Source of the DNA: Gemmatimonadota bacterium
GTDB lineage: Bacteria; Gemmatimonadota; Gemmatimonadetes; Gemmatimonadales; GWC2-71-9
Length of the DNA: 64,000 nucleotides
Direction of reading: 5' to 3'
Assembly (NCBI GenBank): GCA_036679605.1
Contig: JAZDCZ010000040.1
Span: 1-64,000 of the forward strand
The notes under the pieces were generated by a model. The model did no database searches and was not told the DNA's origin. It saw only the letters and a list, made by a program, of their open reading frames with translations. Shown here piece after piece: positions 58,236 to 64,000 of this stretch; positions within the stretch are counted from its first letter, which is position 1, and each line of letters opens with the position of its first letter. Made by a program: the position numbers and the translations under genes.

Positions 58236-58630
58236 TCACCGCTGTCGACAGCTCGGTGCTGTTGGACGTCCTAGTCGAAGGGTCGCCGCATTCGGAGGCG
58301 TCGTATAGCGCCCTTGAGGAGGCGTGCAGATCCGGCCGGATGATTGCATGTCCGGTGGTTTGGGCGGAGGTGCGCGCCTTGTTCGGCCGGCAAAGTGAGA
58401 TGGACGCATTGATCGACGCAGGAGTCGAGTTCGACCCGTTCGATCGAGAGACATCGGAGACCGCTGGTCAGTTCTGGAAAACCTATTGGAGAAAGGGCGG
58501 TCGACGTACGCGATTGATCCCCGATTTTCTTGTGGCAGCACATGCACTGGTTCGGGCTGACGCATTGCTGACTCGGGATCGCGGATTTACTCGGCGATAT
58601 TTTTCGAAGCTGAAGTTGATCACACCCTAG
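58232..58630 (+). CDS. PIN-domain (VapC-like) toxin
   Basis: AVDSSVLLD, VWAEV, IPDFLVAAHA, LLTRD. Confidence 0.93.
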   Translation: MITAVDSSVLLDVLVEGSPHSEASYSALEEACRSGRMIACPVVWAEVRALFGRQSEMDALIDAGVEFDPFDRETSETAGQFWKTYWRKGGRRTRLIPDFLVAAHALVRADALLTRDRGFTRRYFSKLKLITP

Positions 58631-58821
58631 GTAACGATCTCGATACCAGAAAACGCGTCGCCTTAAAACACGCCGCATCCCTTCACATAGATCTCATCAT
58701 TCCTTCAAGAAGTGCAGTCGAGCTACGCGGTACGCTTGATCTGCGCCAGTTGTCGGTCCCCTGGCATCCCTCACCTCTTATCTGCATCTTAGTTGAGCCG
58801 TTCGACTCTTCGAGGTCGTAA

Positions 58822-61524
58822 ATGACTGATCCTCTGGATCGTCTCAAGAACTCACTAGCTGACCGCTACTCAGTGGAGCAGGAACTTGGCCATGGTGGCA
58901 TGGCCACGGTTTACCTGGCCCACGATCTAAAACACGACCGCAAGGTCGCCGTGAAGGTCCTACGTCCCGAACTCGTTGCTGTGATCGGAACCGAGCGGTT
59001 CCTTCAAGAGATCCGTGTCACCGCAAACCTCCAGCATCCGAACATAGTGCAGCTCTACGATTCCGGCGAAGCCGACGGAGTTCTCTATTACGTGATGCCT
59101 GCCATCGAAGGCGAGTCGCTGCGGGACAAACTCGATCGCGAGAACCAACTATCCATCGAGGAAGCCGTGGAGATCACGCGGGCCGTGGCCGGCGCACTCG
59201 ATTACGCGCATCGGCGCAACGTAGTCCACCGCGACATCAAGCCTGAGAACATAATGCTGCAGGAGGGCACGCCGTTGGTTGCGGATTTCGGCATCGCGCT
59301 GGCGGTCACGAAGGTGGCGGGTGATCGCCTCACGGACACCGGGATGTCGCTGGGAACACCCTCCTACATGAGTCCGGAGCAGGCAACCGGCGACCGCGAA
59401 CTCACTGCTCGAAGCGACGTATACGCACTGGGGTGCGTGCTGTACGAGATGTTGGCAGGCGATCCGCCGTTTACCGGTTCCAACGTGCAGGCCGTGATCG
59501 CGAAGCTGCTGGTAGAAAAACCGCTCGGGCTTCGAGCGATCCGCGACACCATACCTGCCAACATCGAGGCAGTCGTCGACAGGGCACTGGCAAAGGTACC
59601 GGCAGATCGTTTTAAGAGTGCTAAGGATTTCGCCGAAGCGCTGACATCCACTGGAACGCACGTGACGTGGACGCCGGAAACGCCGATGCCGTTCCGGACC
59701 GGACGGAGGAGAACAGCGAGCTGGATTCGGACGCTCGCGCAGTGGAGGAATATCGTGCCGGCTGGAGCCATAGCGCTACTCGCGTGGGCCTTGCTGACGC
59801 GTGGTGGCGGTTCGTCATCGGCTGACACGGCCGGCAGCACCATCAGGCCAGTCACGAGGTTTACCGGATGGGAGATGGGCCCGAGCTGGTCACCCGACGG
59901 CACGATGATTGTCTACACTCACATAAACGAAGGGAGTGCAGAGATCGCTACGCTGTCGCTGGGTGGTGGTGATCCTCATATCCTCACCGCCGAGCCGACA
60001 GACGAAATCAACCCCCGTTGGTCGCCCGACGGGACGAAGATCGCCTTCCTTTCCGATCACGGTGCCGGAACCAACGTCTATTGGATCCCGCCCACCGGAG
60101 GAGCCGAGCGGAAGCTGGTGGAGACCGACATTCCATTCCTGGACAAGCCGTGGGACTGGTTTGGCGTAATGGGAGCCACTCCCTGGTCGCCCGATGGGCA
60201 GGAGCTGCTGTTCGCGAGGCGGCACCAGACCGGAGAGGTGGCTCTTTGGAAAGTGAATCTTTCGACTCGCGAGCAAACACAGCTCACGACTCCGCCACGT
60301 GGCGCCTCGGATTTGTTTGCGTCGTGGTCGTTTGACGGAGAGTCGATCGTGTTCACGCGCACTCAGATAGCAGGGAACAACTTATGGCTGTTGTCGGCCG
60401 CGGGTGGTGAGGCGTCGCTGCTTCTTGGAGACGAGCACTTCAACGGCATGGGAGCGTGGTTTCCCGACAACCAACGGCTCGCGTTTACGTCCACCAGGGG
60501 CGGTGCCATGAACATCTGGGAGATCTCTCTGGGCACCGGCGCGCTGCGCCAGTTGACCATCGGGGCGGCGGGAAACGACTATCAGCCTGTGGTCGCTCGG
60601 AACGGATTGATCGCCTACGCGAACTACGATCATCAGGTCGACATCCACTGGATGCGGCTGGACGCAATCGAAGGGAAGCACGAGCGTCTCACTGCATTCG
60701 TGGGAGATTACTTCGGGGCCCGAGTAGCGCCCGACGGCGGCAGCGTACTGTATTCTTCCACGCGGGAGGGCCTCTATAACCTGTGGTTGCTTGACCGCAC
60801 GACGGGCCAGCACCAAAGGTTGATCGACTATCCAGCCAACGACAGGCTGCCGGACTGGTCTCCGGACGGGAAGGAGATCGTGTTCTTGTCGGATCGGGAC
60901 GGGGCCGTCAAGCTCTGGGTCTTCGAGATGGAGAGCGGCGCCGTGCGGCAGCTCACCGACCATGTGCTTCCCTGGTCAATGCATCCTGCAGAAGCGGGCG
61001 GCCCACGCTGGGCGCCCGACGGGAGCGCGATCGGGTACATCGCGTCCACGGAGGAGGGCAACACAATCTGGCTGGTTGCGCCGGACGGTAGCAACCCACA
61101 TCCCTCTGTGGTACAGAGTGCGCTCAGTTTTGGTTGGTATCTGGATGGTCAGCGGGTCGTGTACACCCGTGAGGCTCCCGACGGTTCCGGTCTGGTGGAG
61201 TTACGCGCGGCACATTTTGGGACGGGCGAGGATGTGTTATTGAGGTCCGGTGCGATAGCCGAATTGGAGGTGTCACCGGACGGCAAGACGCTGTCTTTTG
61301 TCGACGCGGTTAGCCACCTAACGATGAATCTCCAACTGCTACGCTTGGCTCCGCCCGCGACGCCGAACGGGCTGCCCCGTCCCGTGGGTGGGCCTCAACA
61401 GGTGACCTTTGGTGGCGGCATTTGGCATGTCCACAACGGAGGATGGGCGCCGGACGGACAGGGCCTCGTCTATTCGCGGGACAGAGACTTCGGCGACATC
61501 TACCTCATCGAGTCGAATCGGTAA
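58822..61524 (+). CDS. Ser/Thr protein kinase with TM helix and PD40/TolB beta-propeller repeats
   Basis: HRDIKPEN, DFG, GTPSYMSPE; repeated WSPDG. Confidence 0.93.
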   Translation: MTDPLDRLKNSLADRYSVEQELGHGGMATVYLAHDLKHDRKVAVKVLRPELVAVIGTERFLQEIRVTANLQHPNIVQLYDSGEADGVLYYVMPAIEGESLRDKLDRENQLSIEEAVEITRAVAGALDYAHRRNVVHRDIKPENIMLQEGTPLVADFGIALAVTKVAGDRLTDTGMSLGTPSYMSPEQATGDRELTARSDVYALGCVLYEMLAGDPPFTGSNVQAVIAKLLVEKPLGLRAIRDTIPANIEAVVDRALAKVPADRFKSAKDFAEALTSTGTHVTWTPETPMPFRTGRRRTASWIRTLAQWRNIVPAGAIALLAWALLTRGGGSSSADTAGSTIRPVTRFTGWEMGPSWSPDGTMIVYTHINEGSAEIATLSLGGGDPHILTAEPTDEINPRWSPDGTKIAFLSDHGAGTNVYWIPPTGGAERKLVETDIPFLDKPWDWFGVMGATPWSPDGQELLFARRHQTGEVALWKVNLSTREQTQLTTPPRGASDLFASWSFDGESIVFTRTQIAGNNLWLLSAAGGEASLLLGDEHFNGMGAWFPDNQRLAFTSTRGGAMNIWEISLGTGALRQLTIGAAGNDYQPVVARNGLIAYANYDHQVDIHWMRLDAIEGKHERLTAFVGDYFGARVAPDGGSVLYSSTREGLYNLWLLDRTTGQHQRLIDYPANDRLPDWSPDGKEIVFLSDRDGAVKLWVFEMESGAVRQLTDHVLPWSMHPAEAGGPRWAPDGSAIGYIASTEEGNTIWLVAPDGSNPHPSVVQSALSFGWYLDGQRVVYTREAPDGSGLVELRAAHFGTGEDVLLRSGAIAELEVSPDGKTLSFVDAVSHLTMNLQLLRLAPPATPNGLPRPVGGPQQVTFGGGIWHVHNGGWAPDGQGLVYSRDRDFGDIYLIESNR

Positions 61525-61554
61525 ACGGCCCACCAAGGCGCGGAGGGTTGCGCA

Positions 61555-62439
61555 ATGAGAATCAACGTCGTGATAACAGGTCTGCTCTTCATTGGTAGTA
61601 CGCTACTCGTGCCGCAGAGCCTCGAAGGCCAAGCTGCAACCGTTGAAGTGAACGGAGTTTCGCTGCGCTACGAGGTCGAGGGTAGCGGCAAGCCGTTGGT
61701 TCTGATTCACGGGTGGGCGTTGAGCCGCACCGAGTGGGACGGCCAAGTGGAACTACTCTTGCCTTACTACCAGGTTATTCGCTACGACCGCAGAGGTTTT
61801 GGGGAATCCAGTGGAAAGCCGGACGGCACCGCGGATCCCGCCGATCTCAAAGCGCTGATCGAGACTCTCGGCTATGCTCGAGCACACATTCTGGGCCACT
61901 CACAGGGTGGCTCTGTGGCGCTCACGTTCGCCGTCCGTTACCCAGAGATGGTCGACGGACTGATCCTGTTTGGTCCGGGCCCACCGGCGGATGGATTCGG
62001 CCTCGCTTGGGACGGAGCAGACGCGTTCCCCTTCGCGGAGTGGACTGAGATAGCGAGAACCCACGGAATCGATTCACTCAGGGCAGCGATGTCTTCGTTG
62101 GCAGACATAATGTTTCCCGGCCAGCCGGAGGGTGCCCGACGTGCCCGTCAGCAAATCGCAGCGTATCAAGGACTCGATCTGATCGCGCCTGCTGCACCTT
62201 CGAATCTCGTTCAACCGGCACGAATAGACGAACTACGGACGGTGCGCGCGCCAACATTGGTCATCGTGGGGCAATACGAGATGCCGTACAATCAGGTGTG
62301 GGCGGATGCGCTCACCTACGGAATCACCGGAGCGAAGAAAGTCGTCGTTCCCGGCGGTGGGCACGCCGTGAACTGGGTCGAGCCGGAGCGGTTCGTTGCT
62401 GAGATACTGCGGTTCCTGCGGGAGGCGGAGTTCCCGTAA
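61555..62439 (+). CDS. Exported alpha/beta hydrolase
   Basis: LVLIHG, YDRRGFGES, GHSQGG nucleophile elbow, GGGH. Confidence 0.92.
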   Translation: MRINVVITGLLFIGSTLLVPQSLEGQAATVEVNGVSLRYEVEGSGKPLVLIHGWALSRTEWDGQVELLLPYYQVIRYDRRGFGESSGKPDGTADPADLKALIETLGYARAHILGHSQGGSVALTFAVRYPEMVDGLILFGPGPPADGFGLAWDGADAFPFAEWTEIARTHGIDSLRAAMSSLADIMFPGQPEGARRARQQIAAYQGLDLIAPAAPSNLVQPARIDELRTVRAPTLVIVGQYEMPYNQVWADALTYGITGAKKVVVPGGGHAVNWVEPERFVAEILRFLREAEFP

Positions 62440-62454
62440 TGAACCCCGAGGTGC

Positions 62455-62664
62455 CTAGCGACGGTGCCAGTGCCCGTGGGCCGCCGACCAGACACGGCCC
62501 TCGTCCCGATCTTTGCTCCCGGTTCTGAAGATCAGCGCGGTCGCGATCACGAGCAGCGCACCCACGACGAGCACTGCCACCGCCAGCTTACCTCGGCGCC
62601 GACTGTCATGCCGCTCTTTCTCTCGTTCGGCCCGCCGCGTGCGGGCCATCTTCTTGGTGGACAT
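62455..62664 (-). CDS. Small single-pass membrane protein with His/Trp-rich C-terminus
   Basis: GAGG RBS; basic N-terminus, TM helix, GRVWSAAHGHWHRR. Confidence 0.7.
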   Translation of the reverse strand: MSTKKMARTRRAEREKERHDSRRRGKLAVAVLVVGALLVIATALIFRTGSKDRDEGRVWSAAHGHWHRR

Positions 62665-62678
62665 TTAGCTACCTCTAG

Positions 62679-64000
62679 TCAGCCGCCCTTCAACGCGACA
62701 TCCACCTCGCGCCGTGCCTCTAGTTCGAGGTTGATCCGCTCGCCGATTTCTTTGGCGCGTTCCAGATGGAGAGTCAAGTCTTCCACCGAGCCATTGCCCG
62801 CCCGCAGCCGCATTAACGCCAGGCGCACGTTCTCGAGTGCCGCGACTGTCATCGTGAGCCGATCTCCCGTGTCACCCTGTTCACGCAGCCGTTCCGCGTG
62901 ACGCTCCAGACGGTGGACCAGGCGCGGCACGTCACTCACGCGGGTCCGGTCGGCTGCCTCCAGCGCGTTGTACAGGTCTACTGCGGCCCTGCCGAGCACG
63001 AATTCTGTGGCATCCGTCGAGGCGTGGGCCGGTACTGCCGGCGGTTTGATTCCGGTGCCTGCAACGCGGAAGAACCAGCGGCCGAACTTGCCTGCCCACA
63101 TCCGGTGCCACAGGCTGTCGAGGCGACGCAACCAGCGGCGCTTCAAAATGACCTCGGCCTCCTCTTCTTGTACTTGCGCCTCCGCCAGTAGGGCTGCTCG
63201 GATATCGTTGAACGCGTACCCCTCTCGCAGCAGCCGACGGGCAAGGAGGACCAGTTGAAAGATGAGAATTGAACCGATGATGCCCGGGCCGCCAAATGAG
63301 ATGGTCACATCAGTGCCCACAGTCGTGGTCTGCCCTGCGAGAGCGACGGCAAGCACTACCATGGTCGACACCTCAGCATTGCGCACGAAGCTCCGGATGA
63401 GAGGCGGTGCACGGAAGTCCCGCCCACGAGCCTCGCCCACGGCGCTGGCAACATCGTCCCCGGTCTGGATCCGATCGGCGGGGTCCTTCTTGAGGCACTG
63501 GTCTATCACCGACGCTAGTCGGGCGGGCACCTCGCGTCGGACTGTTTGCACCGCCGGCGCGGTCTCTGACACCTGCTTTACTAGGATCGCAGGCATATTC
63601 CTTCCCTCGAACGGTGCGCGACCGGAGAGCGCGTAGAAAAACGTCGCAGCGAGGGAGTAGAGATCGCTTCGGGCGTCCACCGTATCACCGCACGCCTGTT
63701 CGGGACTCATGTAACGGGCAGTGCCGACGATCTCACCCGTTGAGGCTTTCTCGCCCGCCCGTGCCACCTGGGCGATCCCGAAGTCCGTAACCAGGGCGCG
63801 ATCGGTGCTCTGTTCGATCATGATGTTGTCAGGCTTCACGTCGCGGTGTACCACGTTGCGCGAGTGCGCATACCCGAGCGCCCAGGCGACTTCCTGCAAT
63901 AGCTTCATTGCGTAGCGTGGCGAGAGCGAGCCGGCACGCTCCACGCGTTCACGCAGCGTCTCGCCGTCGACGTACCCCATTACGAAGAAGACCAGATCGC
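62679..64000 (-). CDS. Ser/Thr protein kinase (5' end outside the window)
   Basis: HRDVKPDN, DFG, GTARYMSPE; TM segments and helical C-terminus. Confidence 0.92.
   Translation of the reverse strand, partial: DLVFFVMGYVDGETLRERVERAGSLSPRYAMKLLQEVAWALGYAHSRNVVHRDVKPDNIMIEQSTDRALVTDFGIAQVARAGEKASTGEIVGTARYMSPEQACGDTVDARSDLYSLAATFFYALSGRAPFEGRNMPAILVKQVSETAPAVQTVRREVPARLASVIDQCLKKDPADRIQTGDDVASAVGEARGRDFRAPPLIRSFVRNAEVSTMVVLAVALAGQTTTVGTDVTISFGGPGIIGSILIFQLVLLARRLLREGYAFNDIRAALLAEAQVQEEEAEVILKRRWLRRLDSLWHRMWAGKFGRWFFRVAGTGIKPPAVPAHASTDATEFVLGRAAVDLYNALEAADRTRVSDVPRLVHRLERHAERLREQGDTGDRLTMTVAALENVRLALMRLRAGNGSVEDLTLHLERAKEIGERINLELEARREVDVALKGG

Overview
Bacterial chromosomal window. The gene content (SusC/SusD pair, several Hanks-type Ser/Thr kinases, ADOP-type duplicated permease, 6-bladed beta-propeller lipoproteins, ECF/anti-sigma/DUF4097 module) suggests Gemmatimonadota; this is inference, not a database result. 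The core holds housekeeping genes (thiD, TrmH-family methylase, prepilin peptidase, ffh-rpsP-rimM-trmD-rplS-rnhB, tRNA-Lys(TTT), moaC, holB, lytic transglycosylases), a sigma-54 operon with a consensus -24/-12 promoter, a SWIB protein with a histone-like tail, and a flavoprotein/DedA/DUF547/two-glycosyltransferase cluster. Two accessory zones stand out. (1) 0.5-5.9 kb: two tandem modules, each pairing a small secreted Cys-containing peptide or protein with a beta-propeller lipoprotein and a redox enzyme. The first module (8-Cys peptide + DsbA) is intact. The second (diheme CcP/MauG-family enzyme) is decaying and is bounded by a duplicated 3' end of the HAD nucleotidase gene. This is the best candidate for an undescribed system. 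(2) 52.8-58.6 kb: a ~5 kb segment bounded by diverged copies of an AbrB-PIN toxin-antitoxin operon. The left copy survives as an in-frame mini-antitoxin lacking its DNA-binding domain. All family assignments come from motif recognition by eye.
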